From positions 15,376,001 to 15,440,000 of the forward strand of contig NC_043010.1 of NCBI RefSeq assembly GCF_006345805.1: a stretch of 64,000 bases of DNA, read 5' to 3'. A program made the position numbers and the translations under genes. The stretch comes from Octopus sinensis (lineage: Eukaryota). Below are positions 51,304-64,000 of the stretch, one piece after another (position 1 is the stretch's first letter; every line of letters begins with the position of its first letter). The notes below the pieces were generated by a model that was given only the letters and a program-made list of their open reading frames with translations, had not been told where the DNA came from and searched no databases.

Positions 51304-51547
51304 TGTGATCACGTGATTACTTGACCAATCAGACTATCAGATGTTGTTGTTACACATCGCTGGTCACAATGCGCTTTGCATTTGCATCGTTGTAGCTTTC
51401 ACGTTGCTTTAGTCCCCCCCCCCCTTTCGATCTGTTGGTCTGCTCGCCTAGCCAGCGCAGTGGCGTCATTCGAACGCTAAAACGATGCGAAGCGTATTGT
51501 GACCAGCAATGTGTAACAACATCTGATAGTCTGGTCAGTCACCCCTG

Positions 51548-51557
<10 letters not shown>
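51304..51557. repeat. Fold-back element with ~85-bp diverged arms next to (TA)n
   Basis: cagactatcagatgttg...gctggtcacaat versus attgtgaccagc...caacatctgatagtctg. Confidence 0.85.
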
Positions 51558-51598
<41 letters not shown>

Positions 51599-51708
51599 GT
51601 ATATATATATATATGTGTATATATATATATATATATGTATGTATATATATATATGTATATATATATATGTATGTATATATATATATATATACATGTATAT
51701 ATATATAT

Positions 51709-51746
<38 letters not shown>

Positions 51747-52274
51747 ATATATATATGTATATATACACATGTATATATATATATATAATATATACATGTA
51801 TATATATATATATGTATATATATACATGTATATATATATAATATATACATGTATATATATATATATATATATAATATATATATATATACACACACACATA
51901 TATATATAAAACGATAACGGTTTTTTATTTAGGCACAAGCCCTGAATATTTGGAGGGGGAGGGGCCAGTCGATTGCATCGACACCAGTGCTCAACTGGTA
52001 CTTATTTTATCCGCCCCTGATTAGACGAAAGGCAAAGTCAACCTCGGCGAAATTTGAACTCAGACCGCAATACCAGACAAAAATGCCGCTAAGTACTCTG
52101 ATCAGCGTGCGAAATTTTTTTTCCCACGAGAGTTCCGGACCCCCATTTACGAACTCATTTGCATACAGCCAATCAGAGCTCAACTATCAAACTAATTTAT
52201 GATAATGGGCGATAAGATAAGGTCACTTGGGTAAGGAATGACCATGATTCTTTTCTCTTTTAATAATTTTTTTT

Positions 52275-52460
52275 TTCTACTCTAGGCACAAGGCCCGAAA
52301 ATTTGGGGGCGGGGGCCAGTCGATTAGATCGACCACAGTGCGTAACTGGTACTTAATTTATCGACCCCGAAAGGATGAAAGGCAAAGTCGAATTCAGCGG
52401 AATTTGAACTCAGAACGTAGCGGCAGACGAAATACCGCTAAACGTTTCTGCCTCTCACCG
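52275..52460 (-). mobile_element. Family B SINE variant (another at 51930-52100)
   Basis: Shared head and body, different tail (ggccttgtgcctaga type). Confidence 0.8.
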
Positions 52461-53219
52461 CCTGATTTTGTCAATGCTTGTTATTCTTGTTCTTGTTTCA
52501 ACCATAGCTCCCTCTGCGTAGTTGTGTTGTTGTTTACTCTGTAAAACAGTAAAGGGGATAGGGTTGCTAGCACATCACCCTCTACCCACATTTTTCCCCC
52601 TCTACATCTTGGGGCCCTAACAAAATCCGATAAAATCAGGCGCAACTTGGGGCGGTAGGTCGACTTACAACACCGTTCTTCGTCTTGAGTTTACTTGGTA
52701 GAGTGTGTTGTTTGTTAATTTGACAACAAGGCCAAAGTGAGCTCTGATTGGCTGTATGCAAATAAGTTCATTGCTGGGATCCGGAATTCTCTAGGAAAAA
52801 AATAATTTCGCGTCCGGCGCGCGAACGACTCTGCCAGCTCGCCACCTTATTTATTTTTGAGTATCGAGTACTAATGCTCCTGCTACGCTGATGCAATCCA
52901 ACAACAGGGGATAACTACGAAATACTTACGACCCAAACGAGACAGCACCCCACCACCTAAACTCCCAAGATAAAACCACCATGTCAAGTATTAGTACTCT
53001 TCTGCGGTGGGCAGTTAACCGAGTGTCTCATAATACTAAAATACATTTTACTTGCAATTTATTTACAATTTATCTATATCTATAAAACTCAAAATACCCG
53101 TATGTGTGTGTGTGTGTGTGTGTGTGTATGCTATTTATGCGTTTCCACATTTTTCATCCGATTTTGATGAAGTTTTTTTATTAACATGGCAAATTTACCC
53201 AGGCAGGTCACTGCAGCAT

Positions 53220-54194
53220 TTCCGATGGCTAGAGATACCCGCTTCTAGGAAAAAAAGTCGATAAAACTGAAGGGACCTCCCACATTTTGCGAAAAAATAC
53301 AAAAGTTGCACGCGAGAAAAGTGTTTGCAGGAACGTCCGATTTTTATAATTTTAGTGTCAAAAGAACCGTCATGTTGAGGCATTTCAGACAAATATTTTG
53401 GCACTGCCTTGGGGCCTTTGATTCCCAAGAAAATTGCGAAAAGTTTTGAAAAAAAAATCGACTTTTCACATTTTTGCAAAGTTACATGGTAGTTAAAACA
53501 AATCACCATGTAATAGCGGTTCTATCAAGTATCTCTTCTATGTCCAAAGGTATCCCTGTGCGACAAAAACCGCGAAAAACTGAAAAACTTTTTCAAGTTT
53601 TGCATCTTGAGAATGGCCAGAGAGTCTATTTCTCCAGCTCTAACGTTGTTCAGCTGGCACAAGAACCCAAGGACACCGCCTTCTTCAAACTATGCACCAA
53701 TGACCCCTTCGTAAAGACCCTCCTGTATCCCTAAGTTCCATCTTATTACATTTGGAAAAAGAAAATGTAGATTTGGGAATCAAGGACAACTCGTCGAGGG
53801 ACAGCGAAACTTAAAATCTTCTCCCACCCTTGGAAGAGTTTATACAGTTCGCCCTAACCAACGGGAATGTTTTTACCTCCGCCTGCTGCATTAGATCACG
53901 TGGCCGACATCTTTCGACGACCTGAAAAGCTTCAACGGTGAAGTTTTTGCTACATACCGCGAAGCTTGCCTTAAACGCGGCCTGCTAAAAATCTTCGCAA
54001 TTTTCTTGGGAATCAAAGGCCCCAAGGCAGTGCCAAAATATTTGTCTGAAATGCCTCAATATGACGGTTCTTTTTACACCAAAATTTATAAAAATTGGAC
54101 GTTCCTGCAAACACTTTTCTCGCGTGCAAATGTGGGAGGTACCTTCAGTTTTATCGACTTTTCTCCTAGAAGCGGGTATCTCTAGGCATCGGAA
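53220..54194. repeat. ~210-230-bp inverted repeats (53220-53447 / 53987-54194) enclosing the RepHel fragment
   Basis: Direct reverse-complement match. Confidence 0.9.
53600..53987 (+). pseudogene. Helitron RepHel coding fragment
   Basis: LHLENGQRVYF, TAFFKLC, GRVYTVRPNQRECFYLRLL, PTSFDDLK, TYREACLKRGLL. Confidence 0.85.
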
Positions 54195-54539
54195 TATTGC
54201 TGGCTTTGTACTTAAATCAGAAATAATTACGTAGATTCCTGATTGAATAAACAAACCTATGATCAAAGGAACCCTATCCATTTTATAATTTTTGTTTAGA
54301 TGTTCTCTATGATAAGCTACACTACCAAATATATACTTCGTTAAGACACGTATTCTGAGAGAGATTTGGCAGTTATTTCAAATGGGTCAGGCGATTTTGC
54401 CCCAAGATATTCCTGATATTCTCTACGATCAATTTGATAAAAATGGTTCGATAACGGTGCATTATAAGAAGCAGGTATACAATAACATGTCCAGACGTTT
54501 CAGTTTTCAAACATCAACCCCAAAGTTGTAAATGTATTA

Positions 54540-54946
54540 AGGACGGAGTGATTTGTCTTGTAAGCTTGAGAGGCGGTTGGATGGAACCTACACTCGCCTC
54601 CTTATGAGAGCTCAAAATCTCTCGTGGAAGCGTCATCCAACCAAAATGCAAATATATGGGAAACTACCACCTGTGTCATCTCTTGTGAAAGGTAGGAGAG
54701 TCCAGTTTGCTGGACATTGTTGTAAAGCTGAAAAAGAAGTAATATCTACTCTTCTCCTCTGGAAGCCATCTACTCGCAATACCAGAGGGCGCACACTCTC
54801 CTACCCTGATGTAATCTCCAGGGATACAGGCATCCAGCAACAGGACCTCCGTAATGCCATGATGGACCGTGAAGTCTGGCGTAGCATGGTAAATTCCATT
54901 GTCTCGACCACGGTCGAACAATGATGATGATGATGATGATGATGAT
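54540..54946 (+). mobile_element. 5'-truncated RTE-group LINE 3' end with (GAT)n tail
   Basis: ORF 54553-54924 LERRLDGTYTRLLM...RRVQFAGHC...MMDREVWR, followed directly by (tga)n. Confidence 0.85.
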
Positions 54947-55546
54947 AATTGTCTTGTTTATTGTATAAAATTTTATTTTAATTTCAAAAATATTTTCCAG
55001 TTTGTTTTTATTTTGAGATACTGTGTTTCTTTCAATTACTTTAAATATAACAAAGAATTTAGTAAAATAACTTAGTTATCATTCAGCTAGTGTTAGGAAC
55101 ATAAATTGAGACTAAGGTTTGGGGGGAAACTTTTAATTCAAAACTTATGGAAACGAAACATTTGTACTCAGAGCCAGAGGCGCTTTTAGCCGGGTTGGTA
55201 TCAAAAGGGTTAAGTCCTTTTTACATACATTTCTTTCTACAAATAATTTTCAGCTTTTAGAAAATACAACTTCGATTGTGAAAGTCTCGGTGACCTGACA
55301 AAAAGAAAACGGATCGGATATTTCGATTATCAATGTAGTTATTTCGGATATTTTTTTTTTAATTTCAAAAATATAGGTTGACTGAAATTCTTTGAAATCA
55401 TTAAAAAGGAAACGGAAGTACTGCAAAAGGCAAAACCTTCAGTTAAGTACGAGGTGAATGGTTGATTAGTCGTAGGTTTCTACGCAGGAATATCATTTAA
55501 CGTCCGTTTTCCACGATGGCATGGGTTGGACGGTTTGACAAAATCA

Positions 55547-55771
55547 GGCGGTGAGCTGGCAGAAACGTTAGTGCGCCGGGCGAAATGTTTAGCGGTATTT
55601 CGTCTGCCGCTACGTTTTGAGTTCAAATTCCGCTGAATTCGACTTTGCCTTTCATCCTTTCGGGGTCGATAAATTAAGTACCAGTTACGCACTGTGGTCG
55701 ATATGATCGACTTAATCCGTGTGTCTGTCCTCTCTGTGTTTAAGCCCTTTGTGGGTAGTAAAGAAATAGGC
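55547..55771 (+). mobile_element. Family B SINE with TSD ttgacaaaatca
   Basis: TSD before 55547 and at 55772. Confidence 0.9.
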
Positions 55772-56328
55772 TTGACAAAATCAGGTGAGCTACAAGGGTG
55801 CATCGAGCTTCAGTGTCAGCTTTAGAAAGGTTTTTACGGTTGGATGTCCTTATTAACGCCAACCAATTTACAGTGTCTAGTGGCGCATTTTTCGTGCCAC
55901 CAGCATTAGTGAGGAAACTGAAGCAGAATAAGGACTCGCAAAAACGTCTATACATTACTCTCTTTTACTTGTTCCAGTCATTTGACTGCGGCTATGCTGG
56001 AGCACCGCCTTTAGTTGAGCAAATCGACCCCCAGGACTTGTTTCAGTTTCTGTCTCCCAAATCCACTCACAAGGCTTTGGTCGGCTCGAAGTTACAAATA
56101 TTCGAGCACCCTGAAAAAACATAATATTCAGAATTTTGAATGCGGCAAACTGGCAGAAACGTTAACGGGCCGGGCGAAATGCTTAACAGTATTTCGTCTG
56201 TCTTTACGCTCTGAGTTCAAATTTCGCCGATGTCATCCTTTCTGGGTCGATCTAATCGACCGACCCCCTCCCCTCAAATTTCGGGCCTTGTGCCTAGAGT
56301 ACAAGAAATTAAATTGACTAAATTTTCC

Positions 56329-56750
56329 GGATCTTTTCGGTTTGAACGGCAGTTTTTTCTAGCGGTGTCATATGAAATTGTCACCCATAATTATGACCCT
56401 AGTATCGATCTATTGCATTTCAATCTATTTTAGGGTTAGGGTTAGGTTAGGAGTGGGGGAAGGGTATCTTTTTTTCTTCACAAATGTAAATAAACCCAAT
56501 CTGTTTCTTAAACGAGGGACATATTCATACGGCACAGAATGTTGTTTACCGCAATAGACGTCACTGATTAGTTGAAATTGCAGAAATTGAATAAAAGAAA
56601 ACAACAAATATCTTACAAACTATAGAATTTTCTCAATAAAGCCAAGAGAAAAAGATGTTTTATAAACACATTCTACCAGTATACGAAGTTTCAAATTTTT
56701 TAGTTACCTAGAAATTATGTTAAAAACTGCCGTTCAAACCGAAAAGATCC
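56329..56750 (+). mobile_element. MITE family M, complete, 422 bp
   Basis: 29-bp TIRs; flanks aattttcc / aatttccc (8-bp TSD, 1 mismatch). Confidence 0.9.
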
Positions 56751-59062
56751 AATTTCCCTTTTTTCTTTTGTCAACGTTTTTAACTTCAAAATGTAGGTTT
56801 CCTTTTTTTTTTTTGAAACTTCCATATAAAATAAACCAGTAAGAAACACAAAACTAACGTATATATACATTCGGGCTTCTTTGTGATGATTCTGTGTGTT
56901 TAAAAGTATGTTTGTGCCTGGTCTTATTGACACGAGAACATTATGCGGCTGGCAGTGGGTTTTTATTCATCCCCTCCGCCACCAAGATGCACTAATTAAG
57001 GCCATTTGTAAAGTGAAGTGAATCGAATTGAGATTTCTATCTCTGAAAGAGAAACCACCACGTAGAGTCGAGCACACTGGGACAGCCGACCCGTCAGTCC
57101 AGTTCACCGGCTGCAAACAGAATGGAACAATAAAATAAATAAATAGATAATTTTTTTAAAAATCCAACAAAATATTAATAAATAGAAAAAAAAATGTCAG
57201 CCAAGAAGACTGAATAACAAGAGAAAAGAAGCAGTTTTTTTATAGAAATAATTCATTTAATGAGTTGAAATTGTTTGTATTTTCTTTGTCTTTTTTTTTT
57301 TCAATTGCTTTTTTGCTTTCTTTTGTTGTAATATTTTGTTTCACAGAACTGCCCAGAAATGTGGAGGAGAATATAAAAAAAAAAATTCCCTTACACACAC
57401 GTACGTTCTTTCATTCATTCATTCATACATAATGAGAGAGGGGAGAGGGGTAAAAAAAAAACAAAAAAAAAAACAGGTAACAAAATCCCATTCACATCAG
57501 CCAGCCCCACCGGATCCTTCAATAATATTTTTTGTTTCCTTTTTTTTTTCTTTCTTTACTGTCCACTTTTTAAAATCCACTTCCACGTGCCTTTTCTGTT
57601 TCTTTTCAATCAATGTACAATTAGGACAAACTCCTTTTTTCGTTTTAAGATTAGATTAGATAAAATTTTCTTTACACTAATAACAAAATATACACGGTTT
57701 CAAATATTACATGACCTTAGAGGATAGAAAAAAAAAAAAAAAACAGAACCACCCGCTGATGCCATATATCACAAGATACACCCTCCCCCCACCCGAACGG
57801 TCCATTTTGGTGTCCTATCACTCGACGCCAAAAATCTCAAATGACCCCCCAAACACACGTCACCTGCACTTACAGCAAGCTCAGCCTAACTGAAACTCCC
57901 TTCTGCTGCATAATGAAAAAAAACAAACTGTTGAGTACTTGCTAAACAAAAGTTTCCGTGCCCCGGCACACAAAGCTGTACAAAATGTACCGCGCAAAAA
58001 GAAAATAAATATTTTACTTTTTTGGGGGGTTACATACAAACTACAAGTAACATGGCCATGGTATTTCTTTCTTCACCAGAGATAATATTTAACTGCTTCA
58101 ATATAGACGGAATAAAATAAATATCAAGATTTTGTTTGTTTGTCTGTTCGTCCCTCTCTTTCAAGGAGGACGCGTTAAGCACAAACAATAACATGATTAA
58201 GCACAGTTGATACTTGACCTTGCTCCATATCAGGTGTCTATTAGTTGCCTAGGTGTGTTTTAGGTCGTAATTAGATACCTGTGTATACGTACCTACCATG
58301 ACAGTTGTGCAGGCTACAGGTATGTATGTATACATGTGTGTCCATCCGTCCACTCATCTATACATACATAAGCACGTGTAGGGTCCGCAGTGGTATAACT
58401 GGAAGTATTTCTACTCACAAATTAAACTTTAAGGACACTACACACACACACACACACGTGTGTGTGTAAGCACAGATGATCATTGTAAGAAATGAAAAAT
58501 GATCTATATACACAAACTCTGCACACAATTCAGAAGACAACGACGAGGAAGAATCGTTTTCGCTTATCTTATTTTACAAGATTTAATGTTATAATTGTTT
58601 CTCCCCTCTTTGATGAATTTTTTTTATCGTGGTCATTAATTATTATTATTATTATTATATGCAGCAAATAAATAATTTAGAAACCATCAATAAAACAAGA
58701 AACGTTGACATTTTTAACCTTGTGTTATGACATACACGTACACACGCCCTTATATATATACATATATATATATAAATACAATATATATAAATATAAATAA
58801 ATATATATATATATATATAATATAAATATATACATATATATAAATATAATATATACATATATATAAATATAAATATATACATATATATAAATATAAAATA
58901 TATTATATACATATATATAAATAAATATATATATATATATATATAAATATAAATATATACATATATATAAATATATATACATAATATAAATAAATATATA
59001 TAAATATAAATATAAATATATATATAAAGGTGGCTATTTGCAATTTACAACCGAAAGGCAGC

Positions 59063-59220
59063 AAGTATAGTCGTCAGTAAAGTGAGTGAGGGTGCTAGTG
59101 AGCACCTGCATTGCTAGAAATAAGAGTCAAAACAACGTGGCTAAGAGTTGATTTGACTTGTGTCTCTAGCAATATTGGTGCTGACTAGCACCCTCACTCA
59201 CGTTAGTGACGACTATACTT
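59063..59220. repeat. Fold-back element between (TA)n tracts
   Basis: aagtatagtcgtcagtaaagtgagtgagggtgctagt versus actagcaccctcactcacgttagtgacgactatactt. Confidence 0.85.
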
Positions 59221-59228
59221 CATATCGA

Positions 59229-59262
<34 letters not shown>

Positions 59263-59306
59263 ATATAATATATATATATTATATATATACATATATATAT
59301 ATATAT

Positions 59307-59342
<36 letters not shown>

Positions 59343-59610
59343 TATACATACATACAACCAGCCGAAACTACAAACATAATCTGGAACTCGACTGACGAAA
59401 GAAAACCCCGAATGACTCGTCCTTGTTTTTTCAGGTCCCTTTTTGTATCATCCAACTGTCTGGATGTTCTGTTGTCGCTGTCGCGCTCTTGTCCCATTTT
59501 TTGTATTCTATATACATACATATATATATATATATACATACATATATACATATACATACATACATATACATACATAATATATATACATACATACATATAC
59601 ATACATACAA

Positions 59611-59649
<39 letters not shown>

Positions 59650-59896
59650 CATATACATACATACATATACATACATACATACATACATATACATACATAC
59701 ATACAACATACATATATATACATACATATAATACATACATACATACATACATATATATACATACATACATATATATATACATACATATATATATACATAC
59801 ATATATATATACATACATATATATATACATACATATATATATACATACATATATATATACATATATATATACATACATATACATACATACATATAC

Positions 59897-59949
<53 letters not shown>

Positions 59950-60779
59950 CATACATATATATATATACATAACATACATATATATATATACATACATATA
60001 TATTATACATACATATATATACATACATACATTATATACATACATACATATATTATACATACATACCTATATATACATACATACAATATATACATACATA
60101 CATATATATACATACATACATACATACAATACATACATATATATACATATACATATATATACACATACATATATATATATATATACGCACATATATATAC
60201 ACACACACAAGATCACATAAATGCCGCGACTATTCATGTGCATTCTTCATATACAAAGCTCACAAACCGTAATACAGGAATTCATACATGCACAGCAAGG
60301 TATTCTGGGAAAAAAAAGTCATGTAAATAATAAATAGCAAAAAAAAAAAAAAAGAAAAAGAAAAAAAAAAGACATCTAGCACACATGGACGTATAGATGC
60401 ATCTATAAATACGTACATACAGACACACATAAACTTGTGTGTAATGTACTTGGTGTGTGTATATATATATATATATATATACATACACATATATATATGT
60501 ATATATATGGCAGCAGTCGGTGAAAAGAACCTTTAGTCTGGCAGATAAAATGCACCACAAGAACAAGGGTAACCCTTGCCCTCCACTGCGCACAACCCCC
60601 TTCACGCATTGTTCTTTCTGTCTCTGTCTTTCTAGCTCTGGCTCACACTCTTTAAGGGTCCTTCCCCTTCTTAATCTGACGGTCCACCGCTCTCATTCTG
60701 GTTCTTACACTTGGTGGAGAATTCAGTTGTGTTTGGAATTAAAAAAGAGCACCAACCTCTTTGACACGCAGCACACAGT

Positions 60780-61163
60780 CTTTTACTTGCTTCAGTCATT
60801 TGACTGTGGCCATGCTGGAGCACCGCCTTTAGTCGAGCAAATCGACCCCGGGATTTATTCTTTGTAAGCCCAGTACTTATTCTATCGGTATCTTTTGCCG
60901 AACCGCTAAGTGACGGGGACGTAAACACACCAGCATCGGTTGTCAAGCAATGCTAGGGGGACAAACACAGACACACAAACACATACATATATATATTATA
61001 TACATATATACGACAGGCTTCTTTCAGTTTCCGTCTACCAAATCCACTCACAAGGCATTGGTCTGCCCGGGGCTATAGCAGAAGACACTTGCCTGAGGTG
61101 CCACGCAGTGGGACTGAACCTGGAACCATGTGGTTGGTTAGCAAGCTACTTACCACACAGCCA
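60780..61163 (-). mobile_element. SINE family A
   Basis: Consensus match. Confidence 0.9.
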
Positions 61164-62516
61164 CACACAAAATCTTCAACAGTACTCCACACATCAAATT
61201 CATTCCCCAGCCATGTTTAAAAGGACCCAAAGAAATTCTCCAGATTTTACACACACACACACACACACACAGACGCATATATCGTTGCTATTATGCAAAA
61301 GTGTCGTAAATCCAAAACGTTGCCTTTCAAGAAAACGGAAAAAAATAGTTTCACCATTTCATTTCTTTTTATGTTAGCAACAGTTTCAGCCTAACAATAA
61401 TACTTTGTGTTGGGTGCATAAAATCGTAACTCCATGCATGGGTGATATTTTTTCAGTCAGAAATACTTTTGCAAAAACTGTCGACTTGCACTACACTTTG
61501 ACAATTTCCATATCTTGGCATCTGAAGCAGCTGGAGATACGATTATTTGACCAAAAAAACTGGCTAGTGCAAGCAAAATTAAATAATGGACCCCCCCCCC
61601 AAAAAAAAATAAATGCATTTGGCTAATTTGGACATATGACAGTTTAACATAATAGCAACAATATATATATATATATATATCAGATTTGTAAATATTTGCT
61701 GGAATAAAAAAAATTTTTAATCAGCAATTTTGGACAGTTATATATTACTTCCTTCTTCATCATTAATATTATTATTATTATTATTATTATTATTGGGTGG
61801 TGAGCTGGCAAGAAACGTTAGCATGCCAGAAGGAAGGTGTTTAGAGCTCAAATTCCGCCGGGGTTGACTTTGCCTTGCCCTCCATCTTTTATGGATCAAC
61901 AAAATAAGTACTATGTCATACGGTCGGTCCCAAAATGTCAGGCCTTGTGTCGATAAATAGCAGAAACGGATTGACAGAGTTCGACAGAGTTCTTAGTGCA
62001 ATGGACAAAATATTTTTGTAGAATTTGTCCTGGAAATCCATACTCTGAATTCAAATACCTCGGGTCAACTTAACACACACACAAAAAAGACAGAAGACTA
62101 ATCCGACTGGTGCTTACATTTCTTGCAGACTTCTCCAGCACATAAGAGAGATAGAAAGAGGAAGTAAGCGATTGCATGGTCCTCATCCTTTTCTCGAATG
62201 CTTAAAATTGTGTAGTAAGTGAATGGAAATGGCTTACGTATACACATCACACAACCCTTACAAACTTAATATTGGACGGCCAGTAAAGTGTGTTTATAGA
62301 GAACATTCACAAAACAAGCAATGCAGCAGAGCAGAAAGCCAAAAGCAGCTAAACACTCACACACGAACAAATTACAAGAAGCGCACACAAGGCTTTTAAA
62401 GAAGTGCCCTCATCAGAACCAACCACCAAAAACTGAACAGAACAAAGGAAACTTCATATCCGTAAGGTTTTCCGCACTAAAGAGCGTAACTGAATTCCAA
62501 ACAGATACCAGAATTA

Positions 62517-62548
<32 letters not shown>

Positions 62549-62641
62549 GTGTATATATAATACACATACATACATATATACATGTGTGTATATATATATA
62601 TAGACACATGTATATATATATATATCACATGTGTGTATATA

Positions 62642-62679
<38 letters not shown>

Positions 62680-62680
62680 C

Positions 62681-62713
<33 letters not shown>

Positions 62714-62802
62714 GACACATGTTATACACACATATATATATTGTTGTATTTAGGAATGGTCATTTTTGCCAGTTTAGCAATAATGTATAACGTATATAAT
62801 AT

Positions 62803-62861
<59 letters not shown>

Positions 62862-63310
62862 TAGGGGGAGACTTGAAAGGTCTTTTTAATAAAATAAATT
62901 TAAATATTTGTTCTCTTCATAGATCGTATTCCAAACTCCAAACAGCTCATTGCATTTCAATAAATTTAGAGAGAATTTTTAGTAAAATAAATTAACTTTC
63001 ATTTTTTCCCGTTTGGGAAAAAGTTCTTACATGAAATTACACAGAAAAGTTTTTTCGTTTCTTTTTTTTTTTTTTTTTACTTAATTACAATTTAAAACTA
63101 GTATTTTCTTAATATCATATCATTATTAGAACCAGGTGGTCTTTGGTGGCAGCTGCGGCAGTAGTGGTGGTGGGGGTTTGATAATAATAATAACAGTACT
63201 TTCTACTCCGACCCCCCTTCACCAGACATCCTAAATGCATCTTTCAAATTAAAAGCTTAATCAACTTGATAGATTAACAGGCTTGTCTTATCTAAATACG
63301 GTTGCAAAAC

Positions 63311-63800
63311 ACCGCAAAGCATTTTCAGCTCATTCCTATCGCATTTAATACACTCAGACAGCAAATTCTTAGATTGGCACCAGACCACAAATTGAAGGGA
63401 GAACGTGGGGGGTGGGGCGGGGCGGGGCGGAGGGCGCAGTCAGTTCGATTGAACCGAACCCCAGTGTATTTACTGGTACTGCTGAGTTATCATCATCATC
63501 ACCATTATTACTGATTCAAATTTTTGTACAGCATAAGTTACAGGGACATAAACACATAAGTTACAGGGACATAAACCGCAAAGCATTTTCAGCTCATTCC
63601 TATCGCATTTAATACACTCAGACAGCAAATTCTTAGATTGGCACCAGACCACAAATTGAAGGGAGAACGTGGGGGGTGGGGCGGGGCGGGGGGGCGCAGT
63701 CAGTTCGATTGAACCGAACCCCAGTGTATTTACTGGTACCGTTGAGTTATCATCATCATCATTTTTGTACAGCGTAAGTTACAGGGACATAAACACACCA
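63311..63800. repeat. Near-identical tandem duplication, period 264 bp
   Basis: accgcaaagcattttcagc starts at 63311 and 63575. Confidence 0.9.
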
Positions 63801-64000
63801 ACACCGGTTGTCAACAACGAAGATAGTTGATGTTAGATACAGGGGTACAAGTAAGTAGGCACAAGATCGTAAATGCAGAAATGGCTATGGTGGTGGGTGC
63901 AGTTCATTAAATAATCATCACTTGTGCTTGACGTGACTGCGAAGACCCGACAAATGAAGTGAGTTCATGGCTCGCAGGACTGCCCCGCTGCGCTTAACGG

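Noticed and set aside
59385-59425. CTGACGA...GAAT...GTC as a hammerhead
   Set aside because: GAAA core broken and stems do not pair; at best a decayed relic
60500-60770. Exon or LINE fragment behind a strong polypyrimidine-AG
   Set aside because: No convincing donor or recognisable motif in any frame

Overview
Repeat-saturated, AT-rich eukaryotic DNA with one 100-N gap (34054-34153). The SINE families and microsatellite load look like Octopus (coleoid cephalopod); that is my recognition, not a database result. Most ORF-track entries are translations of microsatellites or SINEs. Real coding remnants are TE-derived: CR1-type, RTE-type and Tx1-type LINEs, mariner, Helitron RepHel, and a Penelope-like element (PLE) with RT plus GIY-YIG. 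A few possible host exons on + (138-203, 8959-9020, 17297-17381, 18117-18203) splice in frame but I cannot name the product. Headline observation: 14093-17016 is a tandem array of about 5.9 copies of a ~481-bp non-coding unit. Each unit carries a type I hammerhead ribozyme (HHR) on the minus strand (intact in copy 3) with a palindromic stem III and a 60-nt extension of stem II. The array sits inside the internal (TA)n of a SINE and ends in a ~58-bp fold-back. This is the anatomy of a retrozyme (a self-cleaving, probably circular-RNA, non-autonomous retroelement). About 6 kb away a degraded PLE (22075-23990) carries an intact HHR of the same architecture, a plausible class of helper. Several more HHR-like motifs and (TA)n-anchored fold-back elements occur in the window.
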